Below, piece after piece: positions 54,555 to 63,505 of a stretch of DNA of 64,000 nucleotides. The position numbers and the translations under genes were made by a program. Source of the stretch: an uncultured delta proteobacterium (GTDB lineage Bacteria; Desulfobacterota; Syntrophia; Syntrophales; Smithellaceae); assembly GCA_963753975.1 (NCBI GenBank), contig CAVWEH010000001.1, positions 96,001 through 160,000 on the forward strand, given 5' to 3'. The notes under the pieces were generated by a model. That model was not told where the DNA came from. It saw nothing but the letters and a program-made list of their open reading frames with translations, and made no database searches. Every line of letters begins with the position of its first letter. Position 1 is the first letter of the stretch.

Positions 54555-55012
54555 AGCTGAACCGTTTTAGGATCAACGGCCACGGGTGTGCCCGTCAAAT
54601 TTAAGGCGCAGTGTTTGGTAAAGCCGATACAGATCAGATGTCCCTTTTCCGCGTGGGTGATTACGTAATCGAACTGCAAACGTACCCGCTCCAAATTTAC
54701 CGGCCGTGTGTGAATATACATCAAATCATCATAATACAAAGGCTGATAAAAACTGATGCCCAAATCGAAAATCGGATAAACAAAGCCGCTGGCCTCAATT
54801 TCTTTGTAAGGGTAGGCAAGATCGCGCATCAACGAGGTCCGGCCGAATTCAAAATAACGCAGGTAATTGGAATGATAAACCACTTCCGAGCGATCGGTAT
54901 CAGCGTATAAAGTCCGGTTTTGGGAACGGTGCCAGACAAAGCCGGACGTCCGATCACGCACATACTTTTCATCGTTATTATGAATTTCCGGTTTAAATGG
55001 TTTGGGCCTCAT
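54533..55012 (-). CDS. 4HBT-family acyl-CoA/ACP thioesterase
   Basis: YADTD...VVYHSNYLRYFEFGR. Confidence 0.9.
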   Translation of the reverse strand: MRPKPFKPEIHNNDEKYVRDRTSGFVWHRSQNRTLYADTDRSEVVYHSNYLRYFEFGRTSLMRDLAYPYKEIEASGFVYPIFDLGISFYQPLYYDDLMYIHTRPVNLERVRLQFDYVITHAEKGHLICIGFTKHCALNLTGTPVAVDPKTVQLWTSFPK

Positions 55013-55013
55013 T

Positions 55014-56279
55014 TTATACTCCCCTGAAAATTACACAGCAATTTGTTCCGCCAAATCCGAAGGCGTTGGAAAGAGCAATTTCGTATTTTTGTTTGCGCGC
55101 GGCATTCGGCACAACATCAATATCGGCAAGCTCCGGATCGGGAAGATGATTAATCGTGGGCAGGATGATGCCCTTTCTCATTCCTTCAATGGTCAACGCG
55201 GCCTCAATAGCAGCCGTTGCTCCCAGAGTATGTCCTAATTGAGATTTATTCGAAGACACGGGAATTTTTTCTATTTTTTTGCCGAAAACATCCCGCAGGC
55301 ATTTTATTTCCGTTTGATCTCCTTTGGGGGTGGAAGTGCCGTGGGCGTTGATATATTGAATATCTTGCGGCTTTAAACCCGCATCTTCAATTGTTTCCCT
55401 CAGCGCTCGTATAATTGTCACAGCGTTAGGGCTGGTGTAATGATGCGCATCCGATGTCCACCCGATACCCAAAACTTCCGCTTTGGGTGTGAGTCCGTAA
55501 ACTTTAATTAATTCTTCCGCTGCGAGAACTATAACGCCTGCGCCTTCAGAAAGAACAAAGCCTTTGCGGTCGATACTAAAAGGACGGGATGCCTGGGCAT
55601 GATCAGCATAGGCGCGATCGTCAGGATGAACTTTGATCGTGGCGTTCATATTGGCAAAGCCGTGAATCAGTTCCGGTAAAATCGGCGCATCAGCGCCGCC
55701 CGCCAGAACAAAATCGCAATCACCGTCCCGAATCATTCTTGCGCCGATGCCGATGGCGTGGTTACCGGAAGCGCAGGCGCCCTGCGGTGAAAAAATAGGG
55801 CCGGTAAATTTTAACAGCATTCCGGCTTTGCCCGAAGGCAGATTCGCGCATAAATTAGGCAGCAAATAGGGACTGACCCGGAGCGGTCCCCGATGTTCCA
55901 AATCGTGCATGGCAACACGAAAGGCGTCCGATCCGTTCAGGGCTGAACCGATAAGGCAAGCCATCCGGGGGGCAATCCGCTCATCAATGGTAATCCCTGA
56001 GTTTTCGAGCGCCTCCTTACAAACAGCCATGGTTAGAATTACAAAAGCGGCATTCCAGTTATAAACTTCTTTAGCATCGGTAAAATCAAGTTCCAGCGGA
56101 TACCAATCTGGAATTTCTCCGACTATGTCGCAAGCCGATTCTACTTTACAGCGCGTCACCTTCCGAAAACCGGCTTCACCCTTGATAGCCCTTTTCCATG
56201 TTTTCTCAAAAGTGGCCCCCAGCGGGGTAGCGGCGCCGTAACCGACAACAAAAACTTTTCTATTCTTAGGGGCTTTCAT
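55014..56279 (-). CDS. FabF-type beta-ketoacyl-ACP synthase
   Basis: GACASG, INAHGTST, LGHTLG, NAFGFGG; start reassigned to ATG at 56279. Confidence 0.95.
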   Translation of the reverse strand: MKAPKNRKVFVVGYGAATPLGATFEKTWKRAIKGEAGFRKVTRCKVESACDIVGEIPDWYPLELDFTDAKEVYNWNAAFVILTMAVCKEALENSGITIDERIAPRMACLIGSALNGSDAFRVAMHDLEHRGPLRVSPYLLPNLCANLPSGKAGMLLKFTGPIFSPQGACASGNHAIGIGARMIRDGDCDFVLAGGADAPILPELIHGFANMNATIKVHPDDRAYADHAQASRPFSIDRKGFVLSEGAGVIVLAAEELIKVYGLTPKAEVLGIGWTSDAHHYTSPNAVTIIRALRETIEDAGLKPQDIQYINAHGTSTPKGDQTEIKCLRDVFGKKIEKIPVSSNKSQLGHTLGATAAIEAALTIEGMRKGIILPTINHLPDPELADIDVVPNAARKQKYEIALSNAFGFGGTNCCVIFRGV

Positions 56280-56318
56280 ATTACGATAATTATCCTTTAT
56301 TTGTGAAACTCCAATTCT

Positions 56319-56616
56319 AATGAAACTCAAATATTATCCCGTTACGGGATGTCGCGTCTTTGAAAATAGCCTTCGGCTCCTTACAGAGGTGCTCCACAAA
56401 CGCAGTGAAGTAATATCTGTAAGTTGTAATGAGACTAAAACTTCAAAAGCAAATAACCTAAAGGTCACTATAGGCGCATTGAAGTTTTTTAGCCGAATTA
56501 TCCAATAGCCGGTGGCTATTGGAAATTATCCCGCGCGCGCAGCTTAGCGGGCGACAACAACCCCGCTAAGCGGAGGGTATAATACCCAAAAGCTTGATTT
56601 GGGTTTTATACCCGTG
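56319..56616 (+). repeat. Modular palindromic intergenic repeat, long copy with five hairpins
   Basis: Stems at 56336-56350, 56437-56488, 56501-56523, 56542-56571, 56575-56613; homologous blocks to 51634-51781. Confidence 0.75.
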
Positions 56617-56617
56617 A

Positions 56618-57865
56618 TCATAGCCTGCGCAAAACCAGACAGGAATTGCATCCGCCGAAACCAAACGCGTTTTTCAATACAAATTCCTGACTCAACTTTC
56701 TCGCGCCTTCGGCGACACAGTCAAGAACAATTCCCGGATCGGGAACATAGTTTATCGTGGGAAGCAAAGTTTCTTTGATCATTCCTTCCATCGCCAGAAT
56801 CGCTTCAACGGCGGAAGATGCGCCCATGGCGTGTCCCATCTGCGATTTATTTGCCGATACCGGAGGAACATTTTTTCCGAAAATGTTGGAGAGGGCATCA
56901 GCTTCCACTTTATCGCCCACTTTTGTCGAAGTGGCATGTGCATTAATGGCGTCTATGTCAGCGGGCCGTAATCCGGCATTGGCAATCGACTCTTTGATGC
57001 ATCTTTGCACTGTTTCCAGTTTGGGCGAAACAAAATGGCTCGCATCGGAAGTCATTGACCAGCCGGCCAATTCTATTTTCGGTTTTAACCCATGCGCTTT
57101 CGCAAATTCTTCAGTTGCCAGAATAATGCAGCCGGCGCCTTCGGAGACGACAAACCCTCTTCTATTCACGGAAAAAGGGCGGCTGGTTTTTTCCGGTGGC
57201 TCTTCCGGCTGTCCCTCTTTCGGGCGGTAAGCGCCGTTCATCGTGGCAAATCCCGCGACAATCGGTTCCACCAAAGGAAAGTCAACGGCGCCGCCGATAA
57301 CCACATCAGCCATACCCCGTTGCAAGAGCATCTCGCCCACGATAAGCGAGGTGATTCCGGTGGCGCACGCCGTTATAGTCGAACAGATTGGGCCTGTTGC
57401 TCCCGTCAGGATAGAAACCTTGCCTCCGACCATATTAATGCACGAATTGGGATTGGTAAAGGGGTGAGGCATCTTGCCTTCTTGAACCATCAGGCGATCA
57501 GCCTGGAGCACAGCGTCCAGGCCACCGACTGCCGTGCTGAAAGTAACCGCCACCCGTGGCGCGATATCCGCGGAAATTACAATTCCGCTTTTTTCCAGAG
57601 CGCGATGCACAACAAGAAGAGCGTATTTAAAGATCGGTGATGTCCAGTGCGCCATTTCCCGCGGCTGTAAAAAAGGATACGGCCGTAAGCCCACCTCCGC
57701 TACTTCACCGGCAACACGCACAGGAAAATCGGCGGTAAGCGGAAATCTGGTCAACTTTCCTATTCCGCAATCTCCTGCGGCCGCGCGCTGCCACTCCGTA
57801 TCCAAATCCGTTCCTAAGGGAGAAACGGCATCATAACCCAATATTAGAGCTTTCTTTGAACTCAT
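56618..57865 (-). CDS. FabF-type beta-ketoacyl-ACP synthase
   Basis: TACATG, INAHATST, MGHAMG, NAFGFGG. Confidence 0.95.
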   Translation of the reverse strand: MSSKKALILGYDAVSPLGTDLDTEWQRAAAGDCGIGKLTRFPLTADFPVRVAGEVAEVGLRPYPFLQPREMAHWTSPIFKYALLVVHRALEKSGIVISADIAPRVAVTFSTAVGGLDAVLQADRLMVQEGKMPHPFTNPNSCINMVGGKVSILTGATGPICSTITACATGITSLIVGEMLLQRGMADVVIGGAVDFPLVEPIVAGFATMNGAYRPKEGQPEEPPEKTSRPFSVNRRGFVVSEGAGCIILATEEFAKAHGLKPKIELAGWSMTSDASHFVSPKLETVQRCIKESIANAGLRPADIDAINAHATSTKVGDKVEADALSNIFGKNVPPVSANKSQMGHAMGASSAVEAILAMEGMIKETLLPTINYVPDPGIVLDCVAEGARKLSQEFVLKNAFGFGGCNSCLVLRRL

Positions 57866-57961
57866 AACTTATTTCCTAATAAATATAAAAAAATCCTCTC
57901 CTTAAAGAAGGGGGGAATGATTGTTGATCACAGACGTGTCTATATCAAAGATTATTGGGTA

Positions 57962-58957
57962 TTACCACGGAATAAAACGATACAGCTTGGCGAACATTTC
58001 ATAAACTTCGATCCAGTTTTGTAAATCTTTAGTCGATCGCAAGTGTTCCCGCTTATTGACCATTATCCAGCTCATGTGTGCCGCACCGTCTTTGCAGGTC
58101 GAGCAATCGCGCGTTGCCGATGTGCAGCAGCGGTGAACTGTTTGTAAATCGGAAGCCCAGCGGAAAAAATGAATCAGACGACGGGTTGGCGGCTGTCTGT
58201 GATCCAGAGATTCGGTAACAGACGGGCATTCTTTCCAGCCAAAACGACGTCCCATCATTTTTCCGGTGGTAATAACTTCATGATAGTATTTGCTGGAAAT
58301 TACACTTTGCGGGTATTTATCCAGCATTTCATCCATTTCGGAGCATAAATCTTTGAGTTCGCCTTCGCGCCAGGAAAATCCGTCAACACCTTCATCATTC
58401 GAGAGAAGCTGGAGATGTACTTTTAAGCCGACATCCGCAATTCGTTTGATCACCGGTTCGATTTTTCCTAACTGCTTTGGTGTTATTGTGTAAAGATAGT
58501 ACGTGTAGGGGTCTCCGGCATAATTTTTACTGGAGAGAGCAAAAGTATCGCGTCCGCGCAGAACCTTTTCATCGGCACTTCCGCCCCACAGGGAAATCCC
58601 CACCATCAGGTCGGGAAACCTTTCCCGGGGAACTTTAATCAGGCCGTTGGTGGCGCAATAGGTAGGCAGACGCTTGTAAAAAGCTTCAACGCGATCCATG
58701 CAGAGAGTCGGCTCACCCCCGATCAGAATCGCCAGATTAACGCCGCGCTCTTTTTCTTTATCAATAAAATTTTCCCATTTCCATATGTCCATTTCCTCCG
58801 TCACTTGATGCTCGCCGGAAGAAAAGAAAAAACACCCCTTGCAGCGCAAATTGCAGCGGTTGGTTACATCATATATGGAACTGCGGATGTTAAGATTGGC
58901 AATCCGTTTGTAACGGGCTTGCCAATTCTTATCCAGTAGGGAACTAACAGTTTTCAT
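57962..58957 (-). CDS. Radical SAM protein
   Basis: CNLRCKGC, GGEPTL, C-terminal CCTSATRDCSTC. Confidence 0.9.
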   Translation of the reverse strand: MKTVSSLLDKNWQARYKRIANLNIRSSIYDVTNRCNLRCKGCFFFSSGEHQVTEEMDIWKWENFIDKEKERGVNLAILIGGEPTLCMDRVEAFYKRLPTYCATNGLIKVPRERFPDLMVGISLWGGSADEKVLRGRDTFALSSKNYAGDPYTYYLYTITPKQLGKIEPVIKRIADVGLKVHLQLLSNDEGVDGFSWREGELKDLCSEMDEMLDKYPQSVISSKYYHEVITTGKMMGRRFGWKECPSVTESLDHRQPPTRRLIHFFRWASDLQTVHRCCTSATRDCSTCKDGAAHMSWIMVNKREHLRSTKDLQNWIEVYEMFAKLYRFIPW

Positions 58958-59005
58958 TAACTTTTGTCCTTCTTCAGAAAAATAATATAATGCCCGGCCT
59001 CTTTC

Positions 59006-60094
59006 TTAATTTACAGTTACCTGTGGCGGCGCTACCTGTTCGGTGCAAAGATTTTCCCCCTTTTCATAGTTCATAACCCAGACCGCCAAATAGGTGTCGA
59101 CATAATCAAGCCAGGACTTAAACGAAGCCAGGCTATTGACGTGGCGGTATAGGCGCGCTGTTACGACCGCGGAACCGGCGGCGTAATGACGGCAATCGGC
59201 GCAATCTGTATCCGGCACACAACAGGCAACCGACCTGTCCCAATTAAGGTCGGTCCTGTATTGCCGGAAAGATCTGCCCAGGCCGATATCCTGGGAAGGA
59301 TTCTGGCGGGGATATGAGCAGCCGTAAAGACCGTGCAGACCCTTTTTATGAGTGTGCGCCACGGCATTGTAGACTGAAAAAAGGATATTCTGCGGATATT
59401 CATTCAATAGCGCTAGCATCATTTGCTTTGTTCGTTCGAGAGATTCATCATCATGCCGCAGAGGACCTGCATAACCGACCGGAGAAGAAAAAACATTAAA
59501 AGTTAGTTTACAACCGTGGGCAACAAGATCTTTGGCGACATCATTTACTTCATCGATATTTTCCCGCGTAAAGGTGTAGACAAATACTGCGCGCGGATCA
59601 TTTTTATAATTTTCAATCTGTTTTTTTAAAAGATTTTTCGCTTTTCTGATGCGCAGGCTGGTTTCGTCATTACCCCAGACGGAAATATGTATTTTGTACC
59701 CTACCGATTCCGGGATTTTTTTAAAACCATTGGTAGCAATACTGCCTAGCGGCATTTCCTGATAGCACACATCCAGCAGTTCCGGCACTAAAGACGGCTC
59801 GGCTCCCGCCAAAACTACATAGGTAATACCGCGAGTTTTTTCAGTCTGCATTAGTTTACGCCATGCTTTGGCGTCGCCAATTTCCCGGGCAAACTGCTTA
59901 TCCCCTTCAAAATAATAACAGCCGTCACAACGGATATTACAGCGGTTAGACATGTCATAGGTTGATTCCCGCAGAAAAAAATATTTCCGGACTTTTTCCC
60001 AACGCGCCTTTATCTCCGGCTGGGCTAAAAGTTCAGAAAATTTCGGTTTGGCAGATTCCAGAGAATCTTTATTGTTGAAAGTAGTCATAGACAA
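59006..60094 (-). CDS. Radical SAM protein, paralogue of 57962-58957
   Basis: CNIRCDGC, GAEPSL, C-terminal CCVPDTDCADC. Confidence 0.9.
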   Translation of the reverse strand: MSMTTFNNKDSLESAKPKFSELLAQPEIKARWEKVRKYFFLRESTYDMSNRCNIRCDGCYYFEGDKQFAREIGDAKAWRKLMQTEKTRGITYVVLAGAEPSLVPELLDVCYQEMPLGSIATNGFKKIPESVGYKIHISVWGNDETSLRIRKAKNLLKKQIENYKNDPRAVFVYTFTRENIDEVNDVAKDLVAHGCKLTFNVFSSPVGYAGPLRHDDESLERTKQMMLALLNEYPQNILFSVYNAVAHTHKKGLHGLYGCSYPRQNPSQDIGLGRSFRQYRTDLNWDRSVACCVPDTDCADCRHYAAGSAVVTARLYRHVNSLASFKSWLDYVDTYLAVWVMNYEKGENLCTEQVAPPQVTVN

Positions 60095-60104
60095 TTTCTA
60101 TCGA

Positions 60105-60377
60105 TTAACTTTTCGCGGTAAGTTTTTCTTTGATATAATCGGCTATCAGGCGAATAGTTTTCAATTTTGGATAATCGTCTTCATCAATCACAATTTTGTA
60201 TTCATCCTGCAGTACTAAGGCAATGGTGGCTAAATCCATACTATCAATGCCCAGTTCATCCACCAGGTCCATATCAGCGTTGAATGTTTCTGCCGTAACA
60301 TCTTCCAGCTTAAGTTCTCCAATAATGACTTCGGCTACATGACGTATAATGCCTTTTATATCGAGATTTTCAGGCAT
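60105..60377 (-). CDS. Acyl carrier protein
   Basis: ELGIDSMD phosphopantetheine site; acidic 90 aa. Confidence 0.93.
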   Translation of the reverse strand: MPENLDIKGIIRHVAEVIIGELKLEDVTAETFNADMDLVDELGIDSMDLATIALVLQDEYKIVIDEDDYPKLKTIRLIADYIKEKLTAKS

Positions 60378-60379
60378 TC

Positions 60380-60778
60380 TTATCCTCCTTCTGCACTTTT
60401 TTTATCTTCTTTTATTTTCTGCGCAATTATTAAACCGCTGCATACGATATTTTCTTTGTTTGCCACTTTAAAAGAAAACAATGTTTCCTCGCCCAATTCT
60501 TCACCGGAGATCGTCAGCGACAAATTTTCTCCTGGTTTTACCGGCTGAGTAAATCTCACTCTTCTCAGCGTGGAAAGTCTAACTTGCTCGTTTCTTTTTT
60601 CGGTATGGCGGATAATTGCCTGTTCGGTCATATGAACCAGAGCTATTCCCGGAAGAATCGGCTCATTGGGAAAATGTCCCACAAACCAAGGCGAATCAGC
60701 CGGCACATATGCTAACGCTTCGATCTCATTTGGTTTATTGGATTTAACCTCTCCCAGCAAATTCCATCGACCTTTCAA
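60380..60778 (-). CDS. FabA/FabZ-like hot-dog dehydratase
   Basis: WFVGHFPNEPILPGI, VRFTQPVKPG. Confidence 0.88.
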   Translation of the reverse strand: MKGRWNLLGEVKSNKPNEIEALAYVPADSPWFVGHFPNEPILPGIALVHMTEQAIIRHTEKRNEQVRLSTLRRVRFTQPVKPGENLSLTISGEELGEETLFSFKVANKENIVCSGLIIAQKIKEDKKSAEGG

Positions 60779-60890
60779 GAGAATAGACCTCGTTTAGCGC
60801 CGTGCAAAATTTAATTTATTTTGAGAAATATTTCTTTATATCACTAATTATTTTTTAATCAAAATTTTTTATAAAATCAATGATTAATTT

Positions 60891-60925
60891 ACCCCGTTAG
60901 AAAGTAGAAGACTTTCTAACGGGGT
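60891..60925. repeat. Perfect 15-bp inverted repeat (REP-like)
   Basis: ACCCCGTTAGAAAGT-AGAAG-ACTTTCTAACGGGGT. Confidence 0.7.
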
Positions 60926-60945
60926 TTGCTTTCGGAAAAATATTT

Positions 60946-61758
60946 TTATAAATTATTATTTTCTATGATCATCACTTCTTTGTTTATTAAAACGGAAAGC
61001 GGCACAACTCTAAAACCTCGGGAAATAATTCCGGCCAGAAGAATTTCTATCTCCGCTAAAAAAACGGCATTATCTTCCTTGCTTCGCGCCGGCACGTCGT
61101 GGAGCAGTATAATATCACCGGCTTTTACTTTTTTCAGTATTTTTTGGCCGATGTTTTTTATAAAAAAATTGCCGGCATCAAAGGCGCGGCAACCGAACGT
61201 CACACAATACATTTCCAGTTTGTCAAGAATCGACGAGAGTTTGGGATTGACGATGCCCACCGGCGGCCGGAAAGCCCGCATTTTTATCCCCATTTTTCGC
61301 AAAGCTTCTTGAGTCGCGAAGATTTCCTGGTAAAGAGTATCAAAAGATCTAAGCATCAAAAAGGGATAATGGTGATATGAATGGTTGCCGACAGAATGAC
61401 CGCGGGAAATTATGTCCTTAATGATATCAGGATGGAGAACGGCATTGACACCGGAGATAAAAAAAGTCGCCTGTATTGAATATCTATCAAGCAGATTGAG
61501 AATCTGTATCGTCATCGGTTTTGTAGGGCCATCATCAAAAGTAAGCGCAACCATATTTTCCCGCATGTTGCCGCGGCTGATCACGGGCAGGAAAAAGTTG
61601 GTTTGTGGGAAAAAAGAAGCAAAAAAACACAGAAGAATATAAAAAAAAGCGACGGCCGCCGCCATCAAGGGGTTGACAAAATAAACTAACACGGCGACAG
61701 CCAAAAGAATTATTCCTGTAGCTTCGGCCGGATTCAAGAATGGCAATCTCTTTTTCAT
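60946..61758 (-). CDS. Membrane-anchored polysaccharide deacetylase (NodB/CE4)
   Basis: Two TM helices, ALTFDDGP, GNHSYHH, FRPPVG, ILLHD. Confidence 0.92.
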   Translation of the reverse strand: MKKRLPFLNPAEATGIILLAVAVLVYFVNPLMAAAVAFFYILLCFFASFFPQTNFFLPVISRGNMRENMVALTFDDGPTKPMTIQILNLLDRYSIQATFFISGVNAVLHPDIIKDIISRGHSVGNHSYHHYPFLMLRSFDTLYQEIFATQEALRKMGIKMRAFRPPVGIVNPKLSSILDKLEMYCVTFGCRAFDAGNFFIKNIGQKILKKVKAGDIILLHDVPARSKEDNAVFLAEIEILLAGIISRGFRVVPLSVLINKEVMIIENNNL

Positions 61759-61782
61759 TGATAAACCTTTAAGCAGTTGTCT

Positions 61783-63132
61783 TCATTGAATCAGGTGCTC
61801 CCACAAAGGTCCTGTTAATCCCCGTTCATAGAGTTTGGGTAAAACATGGGTCGCCTTGGCTTCACCGGCGTCGACAAGCCAATTCAAACGACCGTCGGCA
61901 TAAGTTTTCACCGTTTGCATAATTTCCCGGCCGGATATGTGTGGTGATCTATAAAATACGGGTTGCAGGAGACTTTGAGAGGCGGTGATTTGACCTTCCT
62001 TCAGGGCGATATCATACAACGCGGTATGAGGATAGATACGGATGCCGCAAAAAAAGAAAAAGACCGATTTCCCCAGTTCATTCAATCCATTTAATGTTTT
62101 TTGCAGGGTCTGATAGGTTTCACCCGGACCGCCCAGAAGGAAATAATGGGCGATGTGCAGGTCAGCCGAGAGTGCCTGACTATGAGCTCTAAATACATCG
62201 GCGGCGGCAAATGGTTTGCTCAAATTGATGAGCATTAAATCGGACAAAGATTCTGTCCCAAATTCCACATGGGTCAACCCGGCATCCGCCAAACGCTTAT
62301 AATAATCGGCCGGAGGAACGGTGGGTGCAAAAAACCCCCCCCAGGGAATGGATACGCGGGCATCAATAAAGGCCTGAGCAATTTGTCTGCTGTGATCGTG
62401 GCTCGCATTAAAAGCCGAATCAGTAATAAAAATGTATTTGGCGCCGGCATCCTGCAATTTGCGTGCTCTCTGGGCTATTTCCTGCGGCGGGAAAAATCGC
62501 ATCCGGCTGCCTTCGATGTGAGGATAAATGCAGTAGCTGCAGCGAAAAGGGCACCCTCTTTTTGTTTGCAGGTTGAGCATTCCACCGCAGGATAAATAAA
62601 ATTTTGTATGCGAACTTACCGGATTAAAACTTCTATTGATTGGACCATCCCACGGCTCGTAAGTACTGATGGAGGTTTTTTTAGTCACAATGCCGGGAAT
62701 TGATTTTACGTCAGCATTTTTTTGCAGTGCTTCCAAAAGCAGGGGCAATCTTTCGCCCTCGCCGACAATGCCGTAATCTGCATCCAGTGCGTGGATAAAT
62801 TCAACCGGAAAAACGGTGAAACCACTGCCTCCTAAAATCAACTTGGCCTTAGAATTTTTTCTGATTTGACGCACCAAATTCTGATATTCTGCAAGAAAGC
62901 CGCGGCTGTTTATTATATCCAGGTTATCTATATTTCTGATTGATACTCCGACAAAATCGGGTGAAAACTTTCGAATTATCACCCCCAATTCTTCCAGATC
63001 GTTAAATTCATTCAAATCAACAATTTTGGTTTGATAACGTGAATCCAATGAACCGGCGACGTAATCGAGCCCCAGCGGATAAACAGGATACGGAACTCTC
63101 AGAGTGTTTGCCGAGATTAGCAATACTTTCAT
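61783..63132 (-). CDS. Cobalamin-binding radical SAM protein, lipid-biosynthesis (TIGR04072-like) type
   Basis: PYPVYPLGLDYV, SIRNIDN, LGGSGF, QTKRGCPFRCSYC; start reassigned to ATG at 63132. Confidence 0.88.
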   Translation of the reverse strand: MKVLLISANTLRVPYPVYPLGLDYVAGSLDSRYQTKIVDLNEFNDLEELGVIIRKFSPDFVGVSIRNIDNLDIINSRGFLAEYQNLVRQIRKNSKAKLILGGSGFTVFPVEFIHALDADYGIVGEGERLPLLLEALQKNADVKSIPGIVTKKTSISTYEPWDGPINRSFNPVSSHTKFYLSCGGMLNLQTKRGCPFRCSYCIYPHIEGSRMRFFPPQEIAQRARKLQDAGAKYIFITDSAFNASHDHSRQIAQAFIDARVSIPWGGFFAPTVPPADYYKRLADAGLTHVEFGTESLSDLMLINLSKPFAAADVFRAHSQALSADLHIAHYFLLGGPGETYQTLQKTLNGLNELGKSVFFFFCGIRIYPHTALYDIALKEGQITASQSLLQPVFYRSPHISGREIMQTVKTYADGRLNWLVDAGEAKATHVLPKLYERGLTGPLWEHLIQ

Positions 63133-63189
63133 AATAGAGGCAAAATGCAAAAAGCGCTATAAGGTTATTATCTTTGCGTAAGCGAAAGC

Positions 63190-63462
63190 TTAAGCCTTTG
63201 GACGCTGATTCGCTAAAATGTGCGTGGCCAATGCACGCACCGATGCAAAAACCTTGGCGCCCAGTTCTTTGCTCTGGATTTTAACGCCATAGTTTTTTTC
63301 AATCATCATTACTAACTCCAGCACATCAATGGAATCAATTCCCGTATCGCCGCCCACAAGCGGAGCATCGTCCTTGATATCCTCCGGTTTAACATCCATC
63401 AATCCCAGTGTTTGAATAATTTTGACTTTAAGTTCAGTGACTAATTTTTCAATTTGGTTCAT
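63190..63462 (-). CDS. Acyl carrier protein
   Basis: GIDSIDVLEL; GAGGTG RBS. Confidence 0.93.
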   Translation of the reverse strand: MNQIEKLVTELKVKIIQTLGLMDVKPEDIKDDAPLVGGDTGIDSIDVLELVMMIEKNYGVKIQSKELGAKVFASVRALATHILANQRPKA

Positions 63463-63505
63463 TTAACACCTCAATGTTATTTGATTTAGCGCCGGTGAGA
63501 GCGCT

